In this document: positions 25,569-33,207 of the stretch, in pieces | Layout: every line of letters begins with the position of its first letter | Position numbering within the stretch: the first letter of the stretch is position 1 | IMG/VR virus record: IMGVR_UViG_3300028792_000002 | Location: 1-40,179 of that record | Length of the DNA stretch: 40,179 nt | Strand: one strand, 5' to 3' | DNA from: a virus | Translations under genes and position numbers: made by a program | The notes under the pieces: model-generated | Told to the model about the DNA's origin: nothing | The model's database searches: none | Seen by the model: only the letters and a program-made list of their open reading frames with translations

Positions 25569-26771
25569 TGTTTCAGTCGCCCACTGGGGCAGATCTGGGG
25601 CAGCGGGCAGCAGACTGCTGACGCTGGCGCTGCTCTTCTTCCGCTCCAGGTGGGCGTACCGCTCCGTGGTCACGATCGATGCGTGGCCGAGCAGGTCCCG
25701 CACCTCCTCGAGCGTCTTCCCGCCCTGCAGCAGCCACGACGCGTACGTGTGCCGCAGGTCGTGCACTCGCGGTCGGGGGTGCACCCCGGACCGGCAGTCC
25801 GGGCATCCCGGGACGGGTACGGCCTGCTCGAGCTCACGATGCTTGCGGCAGACCATCGGGGACACGGCAGGCAGCCACACCCGGTTCGTCCAGTTGGTGT
25901 CCCGCAGCACCGCGCCCCCGGCGGTGGTGAACAGCAGCGGCCCCCGGCAGCGACCGACCGCGTGCGGCACCGGGCACGGCCCGGGCGGCCGGTCCACCTC
26001 GAGCAGCACCTTCATCAACCACGCCGGGACCGGGACGGTGCGCGCGCTCCGCGACTTCGGGTACGCCTTGATCCGGTGGGACTTCTCGTCGTACGTCTCG
26101 ATGATCCGGACGGCCTGCAGGTCGGGGATCAGCCGGTCCACGTGCATGCCGGCCATCTCCCCCCACCGGACCCCGGTGTTGGCGAGGAACTGGGCGACCA
26201 GCCAGTCGAGCAGGCTTGGCAGGTCGTCGACGATGCTCTCGAACTCGGGGACGGTCAGGTACCGCTCGACGGCCTGGGCGCCCTTCGGCAGCTTGATCCG
26301 GGCGGCCGGGTTCGCGTCGAGGATCTCGGCGTCGACGGCCGCGGCGAGGCTGGCCGACAGCAGGTGCACCTGCCGCTGCACGGTCGACGGCGACAGGCCG
26401 GTGCGGAGCAGTCCGGCGGCCCACGCCTTCACGTCGTGGCGACGGATCGACCCGATCGGTACGGCACCCCACCGGGGCCGCAGGTGGTGGTCCCGGTTCG
26501 AGGACTGGGTGACCAGGGTGGACGCTTCGACGGTGCGGGTGGGCCACCACTCGTCGACCCACTCACCCCAGGTGCGGCGGCCGGCGTCCGGGTCGGCCCA
26601 GATCGACTTCCGGGCGTCGGTCTCCTTCGACCCGGCTTCGCGGACCGCCTCGGCCTTGTGGGTGAACAGGCGGGTCTTCCCGGCGGTGTCCTTGACGGTG
26701 TGCTTGCGGCCGTGGTGGTCGCGGTAGAGGCCGCGGTACTTGCCGGACGGCAGCTTCTCGGACCACGCCAT
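25527..26771 (-). CDS. int: Tyrosine integrase
   Basis: 414 aa from MAWSEKLPSGKYRGLYRD. Catalytic-type motifs GVRWGE, HDLRHTYASW and LGHASIVTTERYAHL. Adjacent to the tRNA-derived attP. Confidence 0.9.
   Translation of the reverse strand: MAWSEKLPSGKYRGLYRDHHGRKHTVKDTAGKTRLFTHKAEAVREAGSKETDARKSIWADPDAGRRTWGEWVDEWWPTRTVEASTLVTQSSNRDHHLRPRWGAVPIGSIRRHDVKAWAAGLLRTGLSPSTVQRQVHLLSASLAAAVDAEILDANPAARIKLPKGAQAVERYLTVPEFESIVDDLPSLLDWLVAQFLANTGVRWGEMAGMHVDRLIPDLQAVRIIETYDEKSHRIKAYPKSRSARTVPVPAWLMKVLLEVDRPPGPCPVPHAVGRCRGPLLFTTAGGAVLRDTNWTNRVWLPAVSPMVCRKHRELEQAVPVPGCPDCRSGVHPRPRVHDLRHTYASWLLQGGKTLEEVRDLLGHASIVTTERYAHLERKKSSASVSSLLPAAPDLPQWATETGRPRQDSNLRPTD
25584..25603 (+). repeat. Two direct CTGGGGCAG copies (candidate arm-type Int sites, P' arm)
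   Basis: CTGGGGCAG at 25584 and 25595, in the same orientation as the left pair and 200 bp away from it. Confidence 0.5.
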
Positions 26772-27130
26772 CAGCAGTCCATGAAGGCGGCGTAGTCGCG
26801 TTGACCGCTGGTCCGCTGGTCGGCGGGCACGTAGCAGCCGTCGACGTCGAGGGCCCGGGGCTTGCCGCCGTTGCAGCCGGCCGCGGTCATCGAGTCGCCG
26901 ATGTAGCCCATCAGGTCGGCGTTGGACCCGTTCTTCCCGACCCGGTCGGCGGTGTCGAACGCGAGCTGCAGGGTGTCGCAGTCCCGGCCGGCGCGGGCCT
27001 GGTCGATGTGCGTGTGGATGCTGTGTGAGTAGCGGGACCAGTCGACCTTGGTGAGGCCGTTGTCGTCGCGGCTGCTCGAGCAGCCCGCCAGCAGGAGTAC
27101 GGCGGCGGCGACCGCGATCAGGGGGCGCAT
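26771..27130 (-). CDS. Secreted lipoprotein, 119 aa
   Basis: Signal peptide MRPLIAVAAAVLLLAGC with lipobox LAGC. Four further Cys. Its TGA overlaps the int ATG. Confidence 0.75.
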   Translation of the reverse strand: MRPLIAVAAAVLLLAGCSSSRDDNGLTKVDWSRYSHSIHTHIDQARAGRDCDTLQLAFDTADRVGKNGSNADLMGYIGDSMTAAGCNGGKPRALDVDGCYVPADQRTSGQRDYAAFMDC

Positions 27131-27390
27131 CAGATCTGGGACAGCTTGGAGGCGGAGTCGAGCAGGGCAACCTTGCGGACGATGGCAGCGACCATCGCCT
27201 GCCGGCCGAGCCGGAGCGACACGATGACGGTCCAGCAGGCGGCCGCTGCGGCGAGCAGGATCGCCCAGCCGAGGCCGACGATGCTGGGCCTGGTGATCGT
27301 CAGCCAGATCATGCCGCCGACGGCTGCACCCCACAGGAGTACGGCGCCGATGGCGATGGCCGGGAACTGGACTCGCTTGCACTCGTTCAC
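27130..27390 (-). CDS. Small two-helix membrane protein, 86 aa
   Basis: GTG preceded by GAGGGAG. Hydrophobic helices AIAIGAVLLWGAAVGGMIWLTI and IVGLGWAILLAAAAACWTVIVSL. Its TGA overlaps the lipoprotein ATG. Confidence 0.6.
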   Translation of the reverse strand: MNECKRVQFPAIAIGAVLLWGAAVGGMIWLTITRPSIVGLGWAILLAAAAACWTVIVSLRLGRQAMVAAIVRKVALLDSASKLSQI

Positions 27391-27494
27391 TGGTGAATCT
27401 CCCTCGTGGTCGTGAACGTGCCCTCCCCCGTGGATGGGCAACGGCAAGGAGTCTTTACCGTTCCGGGTGGGTTTGTCGGTGCTTCGGGTGACGA

Positions 27495-27530
27495 TGGTCC
27501 GAAGGGACCAGTTCGAACACCTGTTCGAAC
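27495..27530 (-). promoter_or_regulatory. Twin GTTCGAAC palindromes plus a short hairpin just after the repressor stop
   Basis: GTTCGAAC at 27511-27518 and 27523-27530, 4 nt apart. TGGTCC-n4-GGACCA at 27495-27510. Confidence 0.5.
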
Positions 27531-28129
27531 TATGAGCCCGTCGCACGGCCCTGCCCACCCTCTCCGTTGATGGCCCGCTCGAGGCGTTGAACCTCGCCGC
27601 GGTGGACGTCCACAGCGGGTTGCAGGAGCGGGTCGTCGCCGGCCGCTTCGATCGCGTCGGCGAGCCGTCGGCGGGCGACGTCGAGTTCCCGTTCGAGCTG
27701 GCGCCGCGACTGGGGCCGGAGCCGGGTTGCTCCTTCGACGTCCTCGACCTCGCGGCGTACGACGTCCGGCGATGCCGCGGCGGCGTGGTGGCGGGTGAGT
27801 TGCCGGATCAGGGAGTCGACCAGCTTCCGCTGTTCGGCGTCGAGCAGGGACGCCGCCGCCGGGGGTTCGTAGGCGGCGTCGATAGCCAGTGCCCGGCCGG
27901 CCCATGCGGCGACCTGGGCGACGTCGACGTTGAGCACCTGGGCGGTGCGTTCGATGGTGGGCAGGTCAGTCTCCCGTTCCCCCCAGATCATCGAGGTGAT
28001 GGTGGAGGTGTGGACACCTACGTGTTGGGCGAGCTGGCTCATGGATGGCCGGGGGTCTGTGTACCTCGGGTCGACCATGCCAGCGGTCACCATCGCTGAT
28101 GCCCACGGCTCGGGAACTTCACGTTTCAT
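27530..28129 (-). CDS. CI-like repressor (XRE-type HTH)
   Basis: 199 aa. HTH segment MSQLAQHVGVHTSTITSMIWGERETDLPTIERTAQVLNV. Divergent from the cro-like gene. Confidence 0.8.
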   Translation of the reverse strand: MKREVPEPWASAMVTAGMVDPRYTDPRPSMSQLAQHVGVHTSTITSMIWGERETDLPTIERTAQVLNVDVAQVAAWAGRALAIDAAYEPPAAASLLDAEQRKLVDSLIRQLTRHHAAAASPDVVRREVEDVEGATRLRPQSRRQLERELDVARRRLADAIEAAGDDPLLQPAVDVHRGEVQRLERAINGEGGQGRATGS

Positions 28130-28321
28130 GTCACTGACTCTCTAGCGGCATTACACAACGCACAAGGCAGCAGCGTAGACGGGTCGTACACAACTTCCAC
28201 GGTTGTAATGGGGGACTGAGCGGGAAAAAGGTTCGGGAAGTAGTAGACAGACCCATGTACGTGTGTCTAATGTCTACTCCAACGCACAACGACCCACCTG
28301 ACACCCCAGAAGGAGCAGCAC
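28130..28321. promoter_or_regulatory. Divergent genetic-switch region with repeated motifs and a candidate rightward promoter
   Basis: TACACAAC at 28152 and 28187, with GTTGTAAT at 28203 as an imperfect inverted copy. CAACGCACAA at 28156 and 28280. Inverted repeat AGTAGACA (28242) / TGTCTACT (28271). TAGACA-N18-TAATGT at 28244-28273. Confidence 0.6.
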
Positions 28322-28618
28322 ATGATCCGAACCGAAGGGAGGTTGGACTGCCGGCTGGCGGTGTCGCACGACATCCTGGCGGCCGAGATGGAGTTCAAGG
28401 ACTTCTCCGTGACCACGCTCTACCGGGCGGTCCGTGACCGGCTCCCGAAGACCACTCCCCTCTCCCGGGCCACCATCGGGCACCTGCGTTCCGGTCACCG
28501 CCGGAACGTGCGGGCCGACGTGGCCCGCGAGATCGAGAAGGTTCTGCAGGTCCGCCGCGGAAGCTTGTTCGAGACGCGTGTTTCTAACGTCTCGCGCGAG
28601 GTTGGACGCACGTCGTGA
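28322..28618 (+). CDS. Cro-like HTH regulator, 98 aa
   Basis: AAGGAG RBS. HTH-like LSRATIGHLRSGHRRNVRADVAREIEKVL. First rightward gene. Confidence 0.7.
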   Translation: MIRTEGRLDCRLAVSHDILAAEMEFKDFSVTTLYRAVRDRLPKTTPLSRATIGHLRSGHRRNVRADVAREIEKVLQVRRGSLFETRVSNVSREVGRTS

Positions 28619-28845
28619 CGACCACGGTCGTGAACCCGCACCAGGTGCTGCAGGTGCTCGACACCACCCAGGCCGCGGTCGCGGCGGGGCGGCACCGGGA
28701 CACCATCAAGCGGGCCCTGGAGTCGGGTGACCTGCACGGGTCGCAGCGGTGCAAGGGCGGCCGGTGGTGGATCCGGGCCGAGTGCTTCAACGCGTGGTTG
28801 TCGGGTGGCCGGTGCGTGCACCAGATCGCTGAGGCCGCGTCGTGA
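28615..28845 (+). CDS. xis: Excisionase-like (MerR/HTH_17-type) DNA-binding protein, 76 aa
   Basis: LDTTQAAVAAGRHRDTIKRALESGDLHG...WWIRAECFNAWL is typical of the Xis-type winged HTH. GTGA coupling. Confidence 0.6.
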   Translation: MTTTVVNPHQVLQVLDTTQAAVAAGRHRDTIKRALESGDLHGSQRCKGGRWWIRAECFNAWLSGGRCVHQIAEAAS

Positions 28846-29258
28846 CCGCGGTCGACACGATCCGTAGGGCAGCGGCCATGATCCGCGAGCGGGCGAACCT
28901 GCCCTACGCGGGCGGCAACGTCCGGTGGGAGGCCCGCGGCCTGTACGTCGCGAAGACGTCGTCCAGCCGCAGGGTCACCTACCCGGCGCACGCCGAGGGC
29001 GGCATCGAGCTCTGGGACCAGGCCGACTCGCTGTTGTGCAGCGAGCTCGTCGCCGAGTACATCGCCTCCTGGTGCCCGGCCGTGGCGCTGGCCGTAGCCG
29101 CATGGCTGGATGTGGCTGGCGCCGACCTCTGGGCGCACGGCATCCCCGACGGATGCGAGTCCTGCGGTGGCTGCGAGACCTGCGACGACGACCCGTGGGC
29201 CGGGCACATCCGCAGCGCCCTGACCGTCGCCCGGGCGTACCTCGGGGAGCAGTCGTGA
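28842..29258 (+). CDS. Hypothetical protein, 138 aa (C-terminal CESCGGCETC)
   Basis: GTGA-coupled ORF with GC-rich third positions. Confidence 0.6.
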   Translation: MTAVDTIRRAAAMIRERANLPYAGGNVRWEARGLYVAKTSSSRRVTYPAHAEGGIELWDQADSLLCSELVAEYIASWCPAVALAVAAWLDVAGADLWAHGIPDGCESCGGCETCDDDPWAGHIRSALTVARAYLGEQS

Positions 29259-29521
29259 GCGGCGTCGTCCTCATGACCCGCCGCGGCACCCGCATCGAGC
29301 ACCTCGGCACCTGGGCCTACGACCGCGACCAGCACGGTGCCCCCTGGGCCTCCGGCCGCTGGATCGCGTTGTGCGGCGCCGACGACGGCCAGCCCATCGC
29401 CTGGCACGTCACCGAGTACCCCGAGGGCCCGGCCGACGGGACGACGCGGCGGCCGCTGTGCAGCAAGTGCCGGCGTCGTCTCGCCGAGCTCAACGACCTC
29501 GCCGCAAGGAGGACGCCGTGA
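29255..29521 (+). CDS. Hypothetical protein, 88 aa
   Basis: GTGA-coupled start (alternative ATG 29273). C-terminal CSKC. Confidence 0.5.
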   Translation: MSGVVLMTRRGTRIEHLGTWAYDRDQHGAPWASGRWIALCGADDGQPIAWHVTEYPEGPADGTTRRPLCSKCRRRLAELNDLAARRTP

Positions 29522-29715
29522 AGTTCTTCGACGTCACCCACACGAACGGCACCGACTGGTTCGAGGCTCCCCTGCCGCGGCGGTTCCACCGCTGCCGGCC
29601 CTGGACCTTCGGCTTCGGCGGCGGCCTCACCTACGTCGAGCGGTGCGCCTGCGGCGCCATCCGCCTCGACCACCGCGTGTGGCTGGAGCGCAACAGCCGA
29701 CGCCGCACCCCCTAG
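29518..29715 (+). CDS. Hypothetical protein, 65 aa
   Basis: GTG preceded by AAGGAGGA. GTGA coupling. Confidence 0.5.
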   Translation: MKFFDVTHTNGTDWFEAPLPRRFHRCRPWTFGFGGGLTYVERCACGAIRLDHRVWLERNSRRRTP

Positions 29716-29718
29716 ACC

Positions 29719-29784
29719 CCGGTCGGGTCAGGCCGGTACCGCGCCCCGCTCCCCCAGCCCACCGCGAGCCCCTGACCCGACCGG
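29719..29784. repeat. Perfect 14-bp inverted repeat with 38-nt spacer
   Basis: CCGGTCGGGTCAGG (29719-29732) and CCTGACCCGACCGG (29771-29784), in a 114-bp intergenic gap. Confidence 0.8.
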
Positions 29785-29829
29785 CACCAACAACCAGACC
29801 ACCCGCACCACCAGATCGGAGCCCACACC

Positions 29830-30147
29830 GTGAAGTACAAGACCCTCACCGCAGCGAAGGCCGCGGTCCTCATCCTCGAACAGGCCACCGCCGCCGAGCT
29901 GACCGAGCCGTTCCAGGTCCGCGTCGACGAGTACGGCCACGTCGAGGCGCAGTTCCACAACCCGCAGCACGTCGTCGACTGGGCCCGCTGGATCCAGGCC
30001 GACAGCCCCGCCCCCGCCGTGTCCACGACCACCGACCACAACGGCGCCGAGTGGGTGCACTACGACTGGGACGGGACGCTGTTCGAGCAGCCCATCCGGC
30101 TCGTGTGCGCCAACAAGCTCCCCTCCGTCGACGAGGTGTCGGCGTGA
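29830..30147 (+). CDS. Hypothetical protein, 105 aa
   Basis: ORF with a GTG start after the intergenic gap. Coupled to the next gene. Confidence 0.6.
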   Translation: MKYKTLTAAKAAVLILEQATAAELTEPFQVRVDEYGHVEAQFHNPQHVVDWARWIQADSPAPAVSTTTDHNGAEWVHYDWDGTLFEQPIRLVCANKLPSVDEVSA

Positions 30148-31049
30148 GCATCTTCCAGCCCGCCACCCGCGCCGCCACCAAGGCACGCATCGCGCTCTCC
30201 GGCCCCTCCGGCGCCGGCAAGACCTACACCGCCCTCGCCCTGGCCCACGGCCTCGGCAAGCGGATCGCGGTCATCGACACCGAACGGGGCTCCGCGTCGA
30301 AGTACGTCGGCGAGCACGGCTGGCAGTTCGACACCGTCGCTCCCGGTTCGTTCTCCCCCGACTCCCTGGCGCAGCTGCTCGCGGCCGCCGCCGGCGAGGG
30401 GTACGAGGTCGTCGTCATCGACTCCCTGTCCCACTACTGGATGGGGGTCGACGGGATGCTCGAGCAGGCCGACAAGCTGAAGCACGGATCGAACTCCTTC
30501 TCCGGCTGGAAGGAGGCCCGGCCCGCGGAACGTCGCATGATCGACGGCCTCATCGCCTACCCCGGTCACGTCATCGTCACGATGCGCACCAAGACCGAGT
30601 ACGTGATCGAGGAGGACCAGCGGGGCAAGAAGGTGCCCCGCAAGGTCGGCTTGAAGCCGGAGCAGCGCGAGGGCATCGAGTACGAGTTCGACCTGGTCGG
30701 CGACATGGACCTCGACAACACGATGTCTGTGTCGAAGTCCCGCATCACCGCCCTCACCCGGGCCGTGATCCCGAACCCGGGGCCGGACCTGGCGCAGCAG
30801 ATCGCCGACTGGCTGTCCCAGGGCGTCGAGATCGAGGACGCCAACGCGGTCCGCGACGAGGTGCTCTCCGACGGTGTGACCGTCGATCGGCTGGCCGAGC
30901 TCGGCGGCCGGGTGAACCACATCGGTATCGCACAGGCGTCCGTCACGGACGCGGCCGGCACCGCCATGCCGCTGGTGCAGCTGATCCGCAACCGGTGGCA
31001 CGAGATCAACGACAAGAGCAACACCACGGGATCCGAGGGGGACCAGTGA
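30144..31049 (+). CDS. AAA_24 / Sak4-like RecA-fold ATPase
   Basis: 301 aa. Walker A GPSGAGKT, Walker B VVVIDSLSH. Size and context match phage recombination ATPases. Confidence 0.75.
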   Translation: MSIFQPATRAATKARIALSGPSGAGKTYTALALAHGLGKRIAVIDTERGSASKYVGEHGWQFDTVAPGSFSPDSLAQLLAAAAGEGYEVVVIDSLSHYWMGVDGMLEQADKLKHGSNSFSGWKEARPAERRMIDGLIAYPGHVIVTMRTKTEYVIEEDQRGKKVPRKVGLKPEQREGIEYEFDLVGDMDLDNTMSVSKSRITALTRAVIPNPGPDLAQQIADWLSQGVEIEDANAVRDEVLSDGVTVDRLAELGGRVNHIGIAQASVTDAAGTAMPLVQLIRNRWHEINDKSNTTGSEGDQ

Positions 31050-31873
31050 ACGTGAAGGACAAGAACCTGCGGCTGGCGCTGCTCAAGGCGATGGCCGACG
31101 CCATCGCCGAGGAGATGGCCGCCGAGCGGGCGGAGCACACGGCGATGCTCCGCGCCCAGTACGACGAGTCGGGCGTGAAGAGCTTCGACGTGAAGCTGCC
31201 GGGTGGCGGGAAGGTCGGCACGATCAGCCTGTCGATCCCGAAGCCGTCCACGGCCGTCGTCAACACGGACGCGTTCGTCGAGTGGTGCCGGGAGAACCTG
31301 CCGACCGCCGTCACGGCGACGGTGATCCCGGCGATGCCGGAGCGCACGGAGACCATCGTCATCCCTGCCACTCCCGAGCGGACGGTCTACACCGTGGACG
31401 ACAAGATGACCGACGCCCTGTTGAAGGGTGCCCGGCCGGTGGACCCGGCTGGGGGGATGGTGGTCGACGAGGACGGCACCGTGATCGACGGTGTCGAGTA
31501 CCGGCCGGCTGGTGACCCGAAGTCGTTCAGCGTCCGGTACGAGGCGGGGGGCCGGGACGCGTTGGCGGTGGCGTACCGCGGTGGCGAGCTCGACCACCTG
31601 GTCGGCGGCAGCATCCTCCCGGCGCTCGAGGTGTCGCACGCGATCCCGATGCCCTCGACGGCCGACGAGATGGTCGCGAACGCGCTGGAGCACCTCGCGG
31701 CCGAGCCGGAGGTCGAGCACGACGAGGACTGCGACAGCCTCAAGTCCGGCGGTGACGGCATCAACACCCCCGAGATGATCCCCGGCGACCTGGACTGCAA
31801 CTGCCCCGCCGGAGCCGCCACGGTCCTCACCTGGGACTTCGAGCCCGCCACGTGGGACGGGGACCAGTCGTGA
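31046..31873 (+). CDS. Hypothetical protein, 275 aa (partner of the ATPase)
   Basis: GTGA coupled on both sides. No motif recognised. Confidence 0.6.
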   Translation: MNVKDKNLRLALLKAMADAIAEEMAAERAEHTAMLRAQYDESGVKSFDVKLPGGGKVGTISLSIPKPSTAVVNTDAFVEWCRENLPTAVTATVIPAMPERTETIVIPATPERTVYTVDDKMTDALLKGARPVDPAGGMVVDEDGTVIDGVEYRPAGDPKSFSVRYEAGGRDALAVAYRGGELDHLVGGSILPALEVSHAIPMPSTADEMVANALEHLAAEPEVEHDEDCDSLKSGGDGINTPEMIPGDLDCNCPAGAATVLTWDFEPATWDGDQS

Positions 31874-32082
31874 CCGGCCCGCAGCACTACCGCGAGGCCG
31901 AGCACATCCTGGACCACGCCGAGGAGAACGCGCTCGAGCACAGCAGCGAGTGGTACGCCAACGCAGTCGCTGCGGCTCAGGTGCACGCGACCCTCGCGCT
32001 CGCCGCCGCAACAGCCGAGCAGCACGCCACCGAGTGGACCGGCACCCCCGCCGGCCGCGAGTGGGCGGCGGCGATCTCATGA
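31870..32082 (+). CDS. Hypothetical protein, 70 aa
   Basis: GTGA-coupled ORF. Confidence 0.5.
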   Translation: MTGPQHYREAEHILDHAEENALEHSSEWYANAVAAAQVHATLALAAATAEQHATEWTGTPAGREWAAAIS

Positions 32083-32402
32083 GCACCGAGACTGTCGTGT
32101 CCCGTCTCCACGACGCGGTCACCAACATCCACGGCCCCGCCGCCGTACAGCGCGGCCTCATCCTGTCGGCTGCCGACGCTGTCGCCCTCGACAAGCTCAT
32201 CGCGTCCCTCTGCGAGGAGGAGGCGTCCTGCACCTACTGCACGACCCGGCTGTGCCACGTCTGCGGCATCGGGGAGCGTGGTGACGCTGACGACTGCCCG
32301 GAGACGCACTGCATGGCTTGTGCGGACCGGTGCCAGGAGTGCCGGGACCTGATCGGTGACGACGCCGCTCTCGCGTCGGTGCTCGACGGCAGGTGGTCCT
32401 GA
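32079..32402 (+). CDS. Cys-rich hypothetical protein, 107 aa
   Basis: ATGA coupling. CTYCTTRLCHVC...CPETHCMACADRCQEC. Confidence 0.55.
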   Translation: MSTETVVSRLHDAVTNIHGPAAVQRGLILSAADAVALDKLIASLCEEEASCTYCTTRLCHVCGIGERGDADDCPETHCMACADRCQECRDLIGDDAALASVLDGRWS

Positions 32403-32587
32403 TGTGGGGCCGCATGGTCGAGGGCCTCGAGCACGTGTGGGGCCCGTACGTTGCCGTCGCCGTCATGGCCTACGTCGCGTTCCTGCTGGTGCGTGCCGCC
32501 GACCGGCGGGCACACCGCAAGGCGCAGCAGCAGCTGCGTCACGCCCTGGACCTCCACGAGTCGCTGCGCCGCCGGAGCCACCAGTGA
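32402..32587 (+). CDS. Single-pass membrane protein, 61 aa
   Basis: TGATG coupling. Hydrophobic helix YVAVAVMAYVAFLLV. Confidence 0.45.
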   Translation: MWGRMVEGLEHVWGPYVAVAVMAYVAFLLVRAADRRAHRKAQQQLRHALDLHESLRRRSHQ

Positions 32588-32736
32588 CCGGGCTGCCCGC
32601 CGGGTGGCGGGAGTGCCCCGCCTGCCTGGGTGGTGGCGAGGTGGCGGCCCCGAACCAGACGGCGACCCACGCGAACGACCCGGCGTTGCGGCTGATGCCG
32701 TGCCCCCGCTGCAAGGGCGAAGGGAGCATCCGATGA
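32584..32736 (+). CDS. DnaJ-type zinc-finger mini-protein, 50 aa
   Basis: Two CxxCxGxG motifs (CPACLGGG, CPRCKGEG). GTGA coupling. Confidence 0.5.
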   Translation: MTGLPAGWRECPACLGGGEVAAPNQTATHANDPALRLMPCPRCKGEGSIR

Positions 32737-32972
32737 ACGCGCCCGACCTGACCCACATCGTGCTCGACGAGGCCAACGGCAAGGCGGACTGCACCGTCTG
32801 CGGGACCGGAGTCACGGCGCCCGTCTCGTTCGGCGGCATCCCTCGCTCGGACCTGCTGGCCGCGTTCATCGTGCAGCACTCCGTCCACACGAAAGCCGGT
32901 AACCCGAACGGGCTGACCGCCGGCGGCCGTGCGACCAAGGCCGCCCGCGCTGCCATCGGTGGCGCGTCGTGA
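32733..32972 (+). CDS. Hypothetical protein, 79 aa
   Basis: ATGA-coupled ORF. Confidence 0.5.
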   Translation: MNAPDLTHIVLDEANGKADCTVCGTGVTAPVSFGGIPRSDLLAAFIVQHSVHTKAGNPNGLTAGGRATKAARAAIGGAS

Positions 32973-33097
32973 GCGCCGTACTCCGCTGGCCCGTCCTCGC
33001 CGCCGTCACCATCCTCGACGCCCTGGCCGCCGCCGTCCGCGCCATCGACGACGCCATCGCCGAACTCCCCGACACCGAAGGGACCCCGACATGGTGA
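32969..33097 (+). CDS. Possible 42-aa ORF
   Basis: GTGA coupling to the upstream ORF. Overlaps the next ATG. Short. Confidence 0.35.
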   Translation: MSAVLRWPVLAAVTILDALAAAVRAIDDAIAELPDTEGTPTW

Positions 33098-33207
33098 CCA
33101 CCACCGACCCCATCGACTGGGACAGCCCGCGTTGGGGCGGCGTGGTGCACGAGTCCACCGACGGATCCAGCGTCGACGACCGCCACGCAGACAAGGGCCA
33201 CGGCTGA
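33091..33207 (+). CDS. Possible 38-aa ORF
   Basis: ATG 33091. Stop overlaps the next ATG (TGATG). Short. Confidence 0.35.
   Translation: MVTTTDPIDWDSPRWGGVVHESTDGSSVDDRHADKGHG

Noticed and set aside
26772-27170. Upstream extension of the integrase ORF (track ORF 25527..27170, 547 aa).
   Set aside because: The extension is Arg/Pro-rich junk overlapping the lipoprotein gene in another frame. The typical integrase N-terminus MAWSEKLPSGKYRGLYRD starts at 26771 and is coupled to the lipoprotein stop.
27391-27494. Possible promoter for the membrane/lipoprotein/int operon (for example CCGACA-N16-TAAAGA on the minus strand).
   Set aside because: The hexamers are weak and the assignment is not unique. 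It cannot be supported from sequence alone, so only the palindromes and hairpin nearer the repressor stop are reported.
28255-28437. 60-aa ORF starting in the switch region.
   Set aside because: It overlaps the cro-like gene out of frame and starts inside the candidate promoter/operator. The cro-like ORF has a strong AAGGAG RBS and an HTH.
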